From Longimicrobiales bacterium (GTDB lineage Bacteria > Gemmatimonadota > Gemmatimonadetes > Longimicrobiales > Gaopeijiaceae): a stretch of DNA of 64,000 nucleotides. Positions 32,597 through 42,193 of the stretch are shown piece after piece. Position numbers and translations under genes: made by a program. Numbering within the stretch: position 1 is the first letter of the stretch; each line of letters begins with the position of its first letter. The notes below the pieces were generated by a model, which did no database searches, was not told where the DNA came from, and saw nothing but the letters and a program-made list of their open reading frames with translations. The stretch is taken from assembly GCA_965238005.1 (NCBI GenBank), contig OZ250165.1, positions 4,775,170 through 4,839,169 on the forward strand, written 5' to 3'.

Positions 32597-33535
32597 ATGA
32601 TTCGGAAGGCGCCCGGAAAGAGCTACCGCGAGGGGATCACTGTCATGGAGATGGCGGAGATGTTCGCCACGGACGAGAAGGCGATCCGGTGGTTCGAGAA
32701 CCTGCATTGGCCGACCGGCGAGATGGCGTGTCTGCGGTGCGGGAGCGCGGACGGGGCCTACCGTGTGAAGAGCGGAAAGCCTCAGCCCTACCGTTGCCGG
32801 GATTGCAAGCGGTACTTCAGCCTCAAGACCGGGACGGCGATGGAGGACAGCCCGCTTCCGCTCCGTGTCTGGGGTTGGGCGATCTATCTGGAGATGACCA
32901 GCCTCAAGGGCGTGTCGAGCATGAAGATTCATCGGGACCTGGGCGTCAGCCAGCCCACCGCATGGTTCATGCTTCACCGGATTCGGGAGGCGTTCGCGGG
33001 TGTGGCGATGACGTTCGAGGGTCCGGTGGAAGTAGACGAGACCTACGTAGGCGGTCGCCAGCGCAACATGCCGAAGCACAAGCGGGCTCCCGGTCGGGGT
33101 CCGGTGGGCAAGACGGCGGTGGTGGGCGTGAAGGACCGGACGACGAAGCGGGTAGCGGCCCGCGTGGTCGAGGCGACGGACAAGGAGACGCTACAGGGAT
33201 TCGTCAAGGAGCACACGGCGGACGGGGTGAAGGTCTACACGGACGAGGCGAAGGCCTACGACGGCCTAGAGAACCGCGAGACGGTCAAGCACAGCGTCGG
33301 GGAGTACGTACGGGGGATGGCGCACACCAACGGCGTGGAAAGCTTCTGGAGCATGCTCAAGCGGGCTCACAAGGGCGTCTACCACAAGCTGAGCCCCAAG
33401 CACCTGCAACGCTACGTGGCGGAGTTCGCGGGCCGTCACAACATCCGCGAGATGGACACGATGGCTCAGATGCAGCACGTCGCAGCCGGGATGGTCGGGC
33501 GTCGGCTCATGTACCGGGACCTGATCGCCGAATAA
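32597..33535 (+). CDS. IS1595 transposase
   Basis: Zn ribbon CxxC..CxxC, VEVDETYVGG, VYTDE, HTNGVESFWS, HLQRYVAEF. Confidence 0.95.
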   Translation: MIRKAPGKSYREGITVMEMAEMFATDEKAIRWFENLHWPTGEMACLRCGSADGAYRVKSGKPQPYRCRDCKRYFSLKTGTAMEDSPLPLRVWGWAIYLEMTSLKGVSSMKIHRDLGVSQPTAWFMLHRIREAFAGVAMTFEGPVEVDETYVGGRQRNMPKHKRAPGRGPVGKTAVVGVKDRTTKRVAARVVEATDKETLQGFVKEHTADGVKVYTDEAKAYDGLENRETVKHSVGEYVRGMAHTNGVESFWSMLKRAHKGVYHKLSPKHLQRYVAEFAGRHNIREMDTMAQMQHVAAGMVGRRLMYRDLIAE

Positions 33536-33572
33536 CCTCCATGGGGGGGGCGGAGGCTCTGTCCCCTACCCG

Positions 33573-33854
33573 TCACCCCAGGTGAAGTCCAGGAATTTCC
33601 AGATCCACTAGGTCCACCTTCAGCTGCTGGCAAATCCTACGCAGCTTATCCCACCCCACGCGCTCGTCATCGTTCTCCGCGAGGGGCTCAGAAAAGAGGA
33701 TCGTGCCATTGCCCGTGCTCAGTGCTAGGTATCGGATGACGACCAAGCCCTTGGGCCCCATGACGGGAGCGAGTTCTCGGAGTTCGGCACCCAGTCCGAT
33801 CAGTCGACCGATGACATCGCCGGTGGTCGGCGCCCTCGCGAAGGGGTAGGCCAT
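33573..33854 (-). CDS. Small passenger protein, possible HicA-like toxin
   Basis: 93 aa starting 9 nt after the upstream ORF; helix-strands-helix layout with a C-terminal LRRICQQL helix. Confidence 0.5.
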   Translation of the reverse strand: MAYPFARAPTTGDVIGRLIGLGAELRELAPVMGPKGLVVIRYLALSTGNGTILFSEPLAENDDERVGWDKLRRICQQLKVDLVDLEIPGLHLG

Positions 33855-33863
33855 CTACCTATT

Positions 33864-34169
33864 TTACGCCGTGACTCGAAAACTCGGAATAAAGCTTGGC
33901 GCGGACTCAGGCAGACGGAATAGAGGGGGGTCTGGATCAATCCCCATGCCGTGCCTCCACTTGTCCCAATACTCGGCCGGGGCTGGAGGCAGGCTCTCGA
34001 ATGGCTGCAGCCCGTTTTCGATGGAAATGACGACGTGGCCCACGAGTGAGCGTTGCAGTTCGTAGACCAATTCTAGCAGGTTGTCGGCTTGCGCTCCGAT
34101 ATCGTACTGGAGGCATTGAGCAACCCATTCGCTGGGACTTCTCTCGAAAAAAACCACCTGAATCGTCAT
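33864..34169 (-). CDS. HicB-like passenger protein
   Basis: WVAQCLQYDIGAQADNL.E resembles the HicB RNase-H-like N-terminus; LPPAPAEYW. Confidence 0.6.
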   Translation of the reverse strand: MTIQVVFFERSPSEWVAQCLQYDIGAQADNLLELVYELQRSLVGHVVISIENGLQPFESLPPAPAEYWDKWRHGMGIDPDPPLFRLPESAPSFIPSFRVTA

Positions 34170-34211
34170 GGGCTTCTCCTGTGGGAGGGGACCGTCTCGG
34201 AGGTCACCCGA

Positions 34212-34245
34212 AATTCTCTTGTCAATAGCTATTGACAAGAGAATT
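34212..34245. promoter_or_regulatory. Perfect 34-bp palindrome upstream of the passenger operon
   Basis: AATTCTCTTGTCAATAG|CTATTGACAAGAGAATT; contains TTGACA on both strands. Confidence 0.7.
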
Positions 34246-34494
34246 CATAGAAAGAGGTCCCAGCCCGATCTTGCTGTCAAGCCCCGGTTTCCCTTCGGGG
34301 CTACCCCAGCGTCTCGGGAAAGGTAGCGAAATGAGAGAGCTAAAGCTGCTTGCGGAGGAAGTACTCGGTGGGCGATTGGGCAGTCAGGAGGGTGGACGGC
34401 AGGGCGCTAGAGGTGGTACCGTCAGCATACGGGGGAGTCGTCATGCGGGCTGTCAAACGCTTCCGCAAAGCAAGCACAGACGGAGCCAGGGGTT

Positions 34495-34680
34495 ATGACC
34501 GAGAAGCCGAAGCAGTTCGACGTCAAGGCCGTGAACCCGCGCTACAAGGGCGCGATGATGAGCGATGTGGCGAGGGCGCTGTTGCATCCCAAGAAGGATC
34601 TGGAAGAGCGGGCCGGGCGGTCTGTCACACCACCGGAGAAGGTCGAACCGGACAACCCCGCCGTCAAGCCAGCTTTATAA
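34495..34680 (+). CDS. Small basic protein ending inside the IS1595 right inverted repeat
   Basis: 61 aa (..MMSDVARALLHPKK..); the stop codon TAA lies within the inverted repeat. Confidence 0.5.
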   Translation: MTEKPKQFDVKAVNPRYKGAMMSDVARALLHPKKDLEERAGRSVTPPEKVEPDNPAVKPAL

Positions 34681-35300
34681 TCCCCTAGAAATACGGTCTG
34701 ATCGACCCTCTCCCGAAATAGACCTGGGGCCCCAACCCGCCGGAGAATATGGTGTTGGTGGTCTCCACCTCTACCTGGACGGGCACCGTCGAGCTGAGGG
34801 GAACCAGCGTGGTCTCGGACCCGTAGATGATGAAGTTTCCGTCGGCGCGCAGGCCGACACGCCCACTCCCTCCCAGGAAGAGCATACCGCCGAATCCGCC
34901 ACCCCCGCCCAGGTTCACGTGGTCCCCGAAATCACCGATGGGAACCGCGAGCTTGAGGTAGCCAAAAACCTCGCCCGCAGGGGGCTCCATAGCGTCTTGA
35001 GCCGTCCCGCGCTCCGGCGACGCGAGCCCGGCGAGGGCCACCGCGTACGCGATCACGATTCTGCTTCGCAACTGCATTACCCGCTCGCTCCTTTCGAACC
35101 GCCGCCGCACTGTGAACCGCCGTTGCCCGACACATAGAAAATACTCCAGTGGGACTACCCATCTGTCAACTGGACAGCCCGGCTCGCGCGGGCGCGATTC
35201 CGATGAGAAGCCGACGCGCCACGCCAGGACTACGATGTGCAAGACACGTCAGGGGTCGATGCACGGATTACGCCGGTAGCGATTCACACGGGCATGGCTC

Positions 35301-35423
35301 TCGGTTGTTGCGCAACGTGATCTGAGCACCGAGGAGCTCCTCGATCGCCTCCGAGGCCGTCACGCCACCGCCATCGACTGTGGTCAGGACCTCATCCAGG
35401 GCCTCCAGTGCCCCGGGCATCAT
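35301..35423 (-). pseudogene. N-terminal fragment of an IS21 helper ATPase (IstB)
   Basis: MPGALEALD..ASEAIEELLGAQITLRNNR resembles the IstB N-terminal helices. Confidence 0.65.
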
Positions 35424-35424
35424 T

Positions 35425-36051
35425 CCGGAGGTCACAATAACCCAATACGGATGGCAGCCCGTCGACGACATGATCCGCCAAATCGTAGACATGGCAGCTG
35501 AACGGTCGGACACAAGCTCCCAGATTGAGTGGCGCCTCAAAAAAGGACAAGGGGCTTGGGAAAGCGTTCGGGTGCCTGACACTTGGTCGGCGTCACTACT
35601 GCCCGACGATTACTTCGCAGAGGCGCGGGAGTTGGCAACCGGGGGCCGACAGAGCGAGTGGACCTCGCGGAAGTACTTCCGGGTGAAACCGACCGCTGCC
35701 GACATCCGGAGCTACGGCAGCCTGCCGGGCGCGCCACGCAACGTGATCGTCCGCAAGCAAGGCGAGACACTGTGGCGGCTGGCATGGGACCCGCCGACAG
35801 ACGTCGGCGGGTGGGCCATCACCAAGTACTACTACGGCGACACCGGAAACGACCGCCGATGCGGCGACGGAAGCTGGCCGTTCCGGCAGTTCAGCCCGGA
35901 CGACCAGCCGCCGTCGGCACTGCCCGGTGGTTACGACGGACGCCAGTACGCCCTCAACGTCCGAGTCGGCATCGGCGGGGGCACCAACACCCTGTCGATC
36001 AGCGCGGTCAACGCCAAAGGCGAAGGCGCCTGCGTCGCCGGCGCCCGATAA
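35425..36051 (+). pseudogene. 5'-truncated FN3-domain protein
   Basis: LPGAPRNV..LAWDPPTDVGGWAITKY..SAVNAKGEG; no credible start. Confidence 0.65.
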
Positions 36052-36188
36052 GCTCGCCTGACGGGGAAGGCCGGAACGCCGGCCTCCCCGATCGTTGATG
36101 CCAACGACGTCGACAAGGAACGCACCAGCGCCTTCAAGAGGCAGGCGCCAAGGGCCGAAGAACTCACGAGATACGGGAAGCCGAGCGA

Positions 36189-36230
36189 CAAGGCCGGCCA
36201 CGCGGTCTTGATTTTCTTCAACTCCCGCCG
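36189..36230 (-). pseudogene. Possible 14-codon fragment of a plasmid RepA_C-type replication initiator
   Basis: RRELKKIKTAWPAL recalls the C-terminal motif of that family; very short. Confidence 0.3.
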
Positions 36231-36269
36231 ACAGTCCTTGAAAACGGACAAGATCCAGCGAGCCATTAG

Positions 36270-37229
36270 CTAACCGGGTACCGCCTCCCGCAGCGCGCGG
36301 ACCCACAGCCGCGCGTGGGCGTCAATGCCCTGGTAGTTGAAGTGGCACCCGTCGTAGCGGAACCGCGGCCCGACGATCGCGTCGGTGTCCGGCCCGTGCC
36401 ATACGTTGGGAATCCGTTCGGGGAGGCTCGCCTGCGCCCGCCGGATGCGCTCCGCGCTCGCCATGTACGTGACGCGCATCTCGTCCTCGAAGTAGCAGTG
36501 CGTCGCCACGGCGGGAAACACGGGCGCGTCGATGCCGAGCTCGGCCAGCGACGCCACCAGCGCCCCGAACTGCGCCACGTACTCCGCTGGCGGCGTGTCC
36601 GCGACCACGTCCGACTCACCCTGGTGCCACAGCACATGCGTCGGGCGGATGCCGGCGTTCGCCAGCATGCGGGCGGTCTTTTCTACTCTCACATGCAGTT
36701 CGCCGCCGGGAGCCCACGGCGCGAGCTGCGTGCCCCCGATGCCGATCGGCACGATCAGCACCCGGCGGTAGAGTCCCTCCCTGACAAGGCCATCTCCGAG
36801 GCGTCCCCACACACTGCCGCCGAGCCCGTCCGGCCCGAGCAGGGGATCCTGCGTCTGGTAGCACCTGCCGTCATGCGGATTGAAGTTGATGACCTCGTTC
36901 CCGGCAACATACCGGTCCCTGGCGGCGTTCGCGCTGTTCGACTGCCCGAAGACGAACAGCACCGCCTGGTCCGGATCGTCGCCGACGAAGGCGTCGCAGT
37001 CCACCTCGACCCGTCCTTCCGTGTCGGCGAAGCCACACGATGCGGGATCGTCCGCGCAGGCCCCGGCGGATGAGGCCGGCAACAGGGTCATCACCGCGAA
37101 CGCCGTTCTGGCGGCGGCGGAAACCCGATCCGGCATGAACATGCCGGCCATGCCGCCGAGGCCGTACGCGAGGTACAGTGACCCCAGCCACGCGACCGCG
37201 ATCACGGTCCCGACAATCCATTTCTTCAC
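36270..37229 (-). CDS. Sialate O-acetylesterase-like SGNH hydrolase
   Basis: GQSN, WHQGESD and DGCH catalytic motifs; N-terminal TM/signal; GTG start with GGAGG RBS. Confidence 0.85.
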   Translation of the reverse strand: MKKWIVGTVIAVAWLGSLYLAYGLGGMAGMFMPDRVSAAARTAFAVMTLLPASSAGACADDPASCGFADTEGRVEVDCDAFVGDDPDQAVLFVFGQSNSANAARDRYVAGNEVINFNPHDGRCYQTQDPLLGPDGLGGSVWGRLGDGLVREGLYRRVLIVPIGIGGTQLAPWAPGGELHVRVEKTARMLANAGIRPTHVLWHQGESDVVADTPPAEYVAQFGALVASLAELGIDAPVFPAVATHCYFEDEMRVTYMASAERIRRAQASLPERIPNVWHGPDTDAIVGPRFRYDGCHFNYQGIDAHARLWVRALREAVPG

Positions 37230-37501
37230 GCTCTGCCTCCTCCCCGGGCGTCGGACCGACGTTTCAGTGAAGCGTCGTAGGAGCTGGGGCAACGGTCAAC
37301 CTCTTCCGCGGTATCCGGGGCGAAGGCGCCCCGGCCTCATTGAAGCACGTCACGCATACGCTCACGCACGAAATGGGCCCTACAACCCTCCGACCACGGA
37401 CGGGCTTTCAATGGTTTAGGTGTCGGGGCAGTTGCGGGGAGGCCGCCGTCGATCAGTACGTGGCCGCCGCGCCAAGCCGTGGCTCAGAGGATCGATCATT
37501 A

Positions 37502-37529
37502 TGGAGTCGGCCAGATCTGGCCGACTCCA
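37502..37529. repeat. Perfect 28-bp palindrome (REP-like)
   Basis: TGGAGTCGGCCAGA|TCTGGCCGACTCCA with no loop. Confidence 0.75.
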
Positions 37530-37875
37530 AGCCTTGTGGGGAGAGACACCGACGCGATCGTCTCAAGGTTGGCGCAACGTTCGTGGCGGTCACCGCCGCC
37601 TTCTTTGGCTGGCTGGCGGTGCGGGTATGTGCCGAGGGGTCCGATAGGGCGCGCGCCCATGTGTCGAGATAAATGGCCGTCTTGTTCGACGCTCTCTGCC
37701 CACACAACACACTGACTACGGGAGGCGCTCACGGTCGTAAATAGACAGGATTGCGCCTTGTCGTGGACACATCCGTGAAAACCATCGCCTACCTCCGTGT
37801 TTCCACGCGGTCGCAAGACGGCACCTGGCTCAGCCACGAACCCAGGAGGCCGAATGTGCCTGCGGCAGAGTGACT

Positions 37876-38193
37876 TCAGTCTCTCGCGACCGCGAACAGA
37901 CTCTTCACCGCGACGACCAAGACCGCGCCCCCCAGGAAGAGCACGAGGTTCGCGATGATCCGGGTCATCCCCTCCCCGATGTAGGGAATCGCTCCGACAG
38001 CGCTGGTCGCTACGATCAGCGCGATCGCCGCTAAGAGGAAGGTCTGACTCTCCTTGTCGCTGATATTCAAGAATCCAACGACCAGGCCGAGCACGGCGAG
38101 TACCCAGCCAAACCACGCTTGTTCAAAGCCTAAGCCTCCGGCCACCGCGATCACCAGTCCAACGAGAAAAGCGTACTTCCCCACGAGTGCCAT
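37876..38193 (-). CDS. Small 4-TM membrane protein
   Basis: 105 aa, hydrophobic, GLVVGFLNISDKE..FLLAAIAL; GGAGG RBS. Confidence 0.8.
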   Translation of the reverse strand: MALVGKYAFLVGLVIAVAGGLGFEQAWFGWVLAVLGLVVGFLNISDKESQTFLLAAIALIVATSAVGAIPYIGEGMTRIIANLVLFLGGAVLVVAVKSLFAVARD

Positions 38194-38404
38194 TGTTCCT
38201 CCTTGCTAGGAAACGGAAGTGCGGATACATGAAACTGTCCCCGGGTTTGAGGTTGGGTCAATAGGCATCATAGGGGCATGGCGTCCGCTACCGGTCCCGA
38301 TCAGCAGCTAGGCAGCCCGAAGACGAAGAGGCGTTCTCCTCGGGGAGTGGGTGCGCTTTCGTTAGCGCGAGGAAGCAACCCCCCTATCCAAGAGGAGAAC
38401 GCCG

Positions 38405-39460
38405 ATGGAGAGGTATATCGGACTCGACGCACATGCGTCGAGCTGCACGCTGGGGATTGTAGGACCCAGCGGAAAGCGTTTGGGCTCGCAGGTGGTGGAG
38501 ACGAACGCACAGGCGCTGATCGAGGTGCTGCGAGGGATTCCGAGGAACCGGCACTTATGCCTGGAAGAAGGGACGCTGTCGGGGTGGCTATACGAGGTGC
38601 TGAAGCCGCACGTGGAGGAGCTGACGGTGGCGGGGGTCGGCAAGAGCCGGGGCCCGAAGACCGACAAGCTGGACGCCTTTGCCCTGGCAGAGAAGCTGCG
38701 GATCGGATCACTGGAGACGAGGGTCTACAAGAACCGGGGCCAGTTCAGGCGGCTGGGGGAACGGGCGAAGAGCTACGGCTTCCTGGTCGGCGACACCGTG
38801 CGGGTGAAGAACCGGCTCAAGAGCGTGCTGCGCTCGAGAGGAGTGGCCTACGGCGCGGGGCGATCGGTCTACGGGAAGCGCGATCGGGAGGAGTGGTTGG
38901 CCAGGCTGCCGGAAGCGAGCAGGGCGATGGCCGAGTTGCTGTACGAGGAGCACGACGCACTCATGGCGTTGAGGGCGAAGGCCGAGAAGGCGTTGCTGGC
39001 GGAAGCATGCAAGCATCGAGAGTGGCATGTGCTGCAGACGTGCCCGGGTCTGGGTCCGATCCGGACGGCGGAGCTGCTGCCGGTGGTGGTGACGCCGTAC
39101 CGCTTCCAGAGCCGGAGCAGATTCTGGGCGTACTGCGGACTGGGCGTGGTGATGCGGAGCTCCTCGGACTGGGTCCGGGCCCCGAGCGGGCGGTGGGTAA
39201 GGGAACCGGTACAGCAGACGCGGGGGCTGAACCGGAACTTCAACCACAAGCTGAAGCGTGTGTTCAAGGGCGCAGCGACGACGGTGATCGGTCGGGCCGG
39301 GGACGAGCCCTTGTACCGTCACTACGAGCGGCTCCTGGACGGGGGCACGAAGCCGAATCTGGCGAAGCTGACGATCGCGCGTCAGCTCGCTTCGATCGTG
39401 TTGGCGGTGTGGCGCACGGGCAAAGCCTACGACCCCAAGAGGCTGGAAGCGACGAAGTAA
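38405..39460 (+). CDS. IS110 transposase/recombinase
   Basis: YIGLDAH, LEEG, KTDKLDA (DEDD), TCPGLGPI, YCGLGVVMRSS. Confidence 0.95.
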   Translation: MERYIGLDAHASSCTLGIVGPSGKRLGSQVVETNAQALIEVLRGIPRNRHLCLEEGTLSGWLYEVLKPHVEELTVAGVGKSRGPKTDKLDAFALAEKLRIGSLETRVYKNRGQFRRLGERAKSYGFLVGDTVRVKNRLKSVLRSRGVAYGAGRSVYGKRDREEWLARLPEASRAMAELLYEEHDALMALRAKAEKALLAEACKHREWHVLQTCPGLGPIRTAELLPVVVTPYRFQSRSRFWAYCGLGVVMRSSSDWVRAPSGRWVREPVQQTRGLNRNFNHKLKRVFKGAATTVIGRAGDEPLYRHYERLLDGGTKPNLAKLTIARQLASIVLAVWRTGKAYDPKRLEATK

Positions 39461-39846
39461 ACCAGGCCGGGATCGGCGAGCGTGGGGTCGAAAGCGGTCA
39501 CAACATGGGGTCCGACGAACCGGAAGCGAACCGGTTACAGGGGACAGCATCCATACGCACCGTGGGCCGGGCCAGAGAGCCCAAGCCCCCATCACTAGGC
39601 TATGCACCCCTGGAGAGCCGAACGAAGCGATGGGCCACAGAGTCCCAGATAGAAGGATGGTTCCCGCTCCAGAGCGGAGAACGCGACGGCTGTAAACGTC
39701 TTCCGGACTGCGATGCGGACCCTGCGAGCGCACCCCTCCTCACCCTGAGTCGTCAATCCGGCAATCCAAACCATGCGGACGCCGGCGGTCAAAAAATGAG
39801 CCGACGGCGTGTGGGGAAGGTGCGTCTTGACCGCCAGCCCCATAGA
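39461..39846 (+). ncRNA. Candidate bridge/seek RNA region
   Basis: About 385 nt non-coding after the recombinase; ATAGAAGG at 39649-39656 matches the reconstructed circle junction. Confidence 0.55.
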
Positions 39847-40951
39847 AGCTCCGTAGCCCTGCAATGGCCGCTTTGCGAAGGCGTATTTCCTCCTCGATTT
39901 TATCTAATGCTTCGAGAAACGCTTCGGATTCTTCGATCATGGCTCGTTGCGGTAGGTCCGCCAGTAACCTTGTCGCTTGCTCGATCTTCTCCTTCCAGTC
40001 GCGTGCCGCTCGTGCGCCTATGATGTCCCTGTGAGCTTCTTCGATCGTAATATCGTGGCCATCTATCTCGTCCATAAGTTTATTATGGTTACCAGCGATT
40101 AAGTCTCCGAGAAGTTTGACGTGCCGGGGATCATGAATTCGTCGCTTATTGTCGTGTCGTTCGTCTTCTGATATCCAAGAGTAGAATCGCTCTAAACTAT
40201 CTCTGTTGAGAAAACTCCAGACATCGTTCTCCCATCCCAACCATTCCTTAACATTCCTGATCCGAATGGCTTCTGCAAAGAGTGTAAAGTAGTCGTTCCT
40301 CGCCAGCGACGAAAACTCTTGGTCCTGACACATTTGGTCCAGAGCCTTATATGCTCTATATAGACGGCCCACAGCCTGCGCAGAAAGACCGAACATCTGG
40401 CCGGCTGCCTTGAACCCAATGTCCTTATTCTCAATTTGCTCCGCGACCAAGCGACCGCGCTGCGCAGGGTCCCATTTGCGGATTCCACTAATGTGCCGAA
40501 TGCCCTGCAAAAGCCAGGATATATCGTGCGCCCCAGCACCGTCATAAATGAGAACCTGAAGTTTGCTGGTGTCCTCAATGAGTTTGTCAAGATAGTCACT
40601 ACTGATGCCCTCCTCATCAATAGTCTCGTCCGTGATCTCTTGCCGTAGAACAGTTAAGGCCGCAAAGCGTCTGTTCCCCTCGACTATTACAAATTGCCCC
40701 TTGTGACCCTGAAGCCGACGGACAACGATCCTGTCCAACGGTAGAAATCCGTTGCGGAGTATGCTGTCACGAAGCTCCCTGATACCAAAGTCGGATATCT
40801 TGTTACCTGTCCTTGACTGGACTTGATCGTCAGGAATTTTCGAATCTGGTACCTGACGGGTTCCCTTCTCTGTCCAGAATCGCGGATTATTGGGATCAAG
40901 GAATATCTGGTCGAAATGAAGCGTATCTTCGGTCAAGTGATCGGTGTACAT
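39740..40951 (-). CDS. ParB/Srx-fold protein (low GC), C-terminus replaced by IS110 read-through
   Basis: LDPNNPR, SILRNGF, VEGNRR, RHISGIRKW plus a HTH; the last about 35 aa derive from the IS110 end. Confidence 0.8.
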   Translation of the reverse strand: MYTDHLTEDTLHFDQIFLDPNNPRFWTEKGTRQVPDSKIPDDQVQSRTGNKISDFGIRELRDSILRNGFLPLDRIVVRRLQGHKGQFVIVEGNRRFAALTVLRQEITDETIDEEGISSDYLDKLIEDTSKLQVLIYDGAGAHDISWLLQGIRHISGIRKWDPAQRGRLVAEQIENKDIGFKAAGQMFGLSAQAVGRLYRAYKALDQMCQDQEFSSLARNDYFTLFAEAIRIRNVKEWLGWENDVWSFLNRDSLERFYSWISEDERHDNKRRIHDPRHVKLLGDLIAGNHNKLMDEIDGHDITIEEAHRDIIGARAARDWKEKIEQATRLLADLPQRAMIEESEAFLEALDKIEEEIRLRKAAIAGLRSFYGAGGQDAPSPHAVGSFFDRRRPHGLDCRIDDSG

Positions 40952-42193
40952 CTAAATTCTCCATCTCTCGGACATGGGCCAATAAAAGTAGATGCCATGA
41001 GTGTTCGGTGGTGTGCAACAGAGAAATCCTTCCTGTACCGATCAAATTCGGAATATCGCTAGGAGACTATGACCAGGTCAGAACATTGGGGAAATCTCAT
41101 GCCATCGACCTTTCTAGGAAGTGGTCAAGTTAGATGCATGATTGCTGTGACAAATCATCCGTGATCATGAAGGTAGTAGCGATCTGTGACATAAGTGTAT
41201 AGTCCCCGCATACAACTCGAGAAGTCTCTCTTCTCGTCCATCGTCAGATTGCTGGCGTTCTCCTCCCACACGTCCGCGCCACCACCCATCAACTCCTCCA
41301 ACTTCCTAAGGAATCCTTGTGCATCGTCAGACAAACGATGCATAATCAAAGTCGCTGTGATGAAACGAGAGGGTGACCTCGTGGTATGCTGATGCGTATG
41401 CCCTGTTATCGTCCGTCACAGGGATCATCAATATACGGACGGCTGCATCGAGTTTCTCATGTTGATAACGAAACGATTTGTCCATGCGGTGACCTCTCCT
41501 CAGACGCTGTGAATGTGGATGCCCGTCGTACTAGCCTATCCCGTTGTTGGCTATACGGCTGGTTCAGGCGTGGCCAAGTTCTCGTCGGCGGCACTTCGCT
41601 CGATCGCCTGCTCGTGCTGGACTGTGACAATGTCATCCATGAGTGCACGTAGCTCGCTTGGCTCGAGTACACTCAGCTCGCGAGATGCCTGGATTACGCC
41701 CAGGCTCCGACAAGCCATGCGGAGATTCTTGCCCGTCCGCATGGGTGTTGATGGTTCACGGTGTAAGAGGTCAGCCAAGCTGAGAAGGAATGCGTTGCGT
41801 ACTCCGTGTGAACCGAGGACAGAGTTACGGGATACGACCAACGTCACGAGTTCTTCCCAGTATGTTTGAGTAGTCCTGATTGCAGCCCGAACGCTGCTAG
41901 CCCCCTCCGGATCTCCATGGGCCATTTCTGCAACTAATCGTTCCCGCCACCAGGCCCGGGCGAATGGGCAGTCAACATATACGCTGCGATTTCCGCGGGC
42001 TTCTGGGAGTCCACTGAGGCGCCGTAGGACAGTGCGGACACAGTCGTCAATGCGTTTGGTTGCACCATCACCACTGCTGAGGAGTGCATGATCGATCCGC
42101 TCCGCAGCGGTGATGGTTGGGCCGCCGTTGGCGGCCAGGTAAACTGGTGATTCTGCACTTGACGCAATCGCCGGCGGGCCGTAGCATGGGGGG

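Larger units (their letters stand above)
32514..34685 (+). mobile_element. IS1595-family element with passenger genes (2172 bp)
   Basis: Inverted repeats GGGGATTATAAAGCTGACTTGAC / GTCAAGCCAGCTTTATAATCCCC (22/23); 8-bp duplication TAGAAATA at 32506-32513 and 34686-34693. Confidence 0.97.
32178..35077 (-). pseudogene. Outer-membrane beta-barrel gene split by IS1595 (parts 35077-34686 and 32513-32178)
   Basis: Removing the IS and one target-duplication copy rejoins ..SIRPYF-YGTVG.. into a 239-aa ORF with a signal peptide and a terminal FRVGVSVG strand. Confidence 0.85.
38274..39848 (+). mobile_element. Intact IS110-family element with a long 3' non-coding end
   Basis: Removing it at a shared AG (38272-38273 / 39847-39848) restores an in-frame end (..GLRSYDAY*) to the flanking ParB-like gene. 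Confidence 0.8.

Noticed and set aside
38278..40023. 581-aa plus-strand ORF
   Set aside because: Alternative frame of the IS110 gene and its non-coding end, running antisense into the ParB-like gene.
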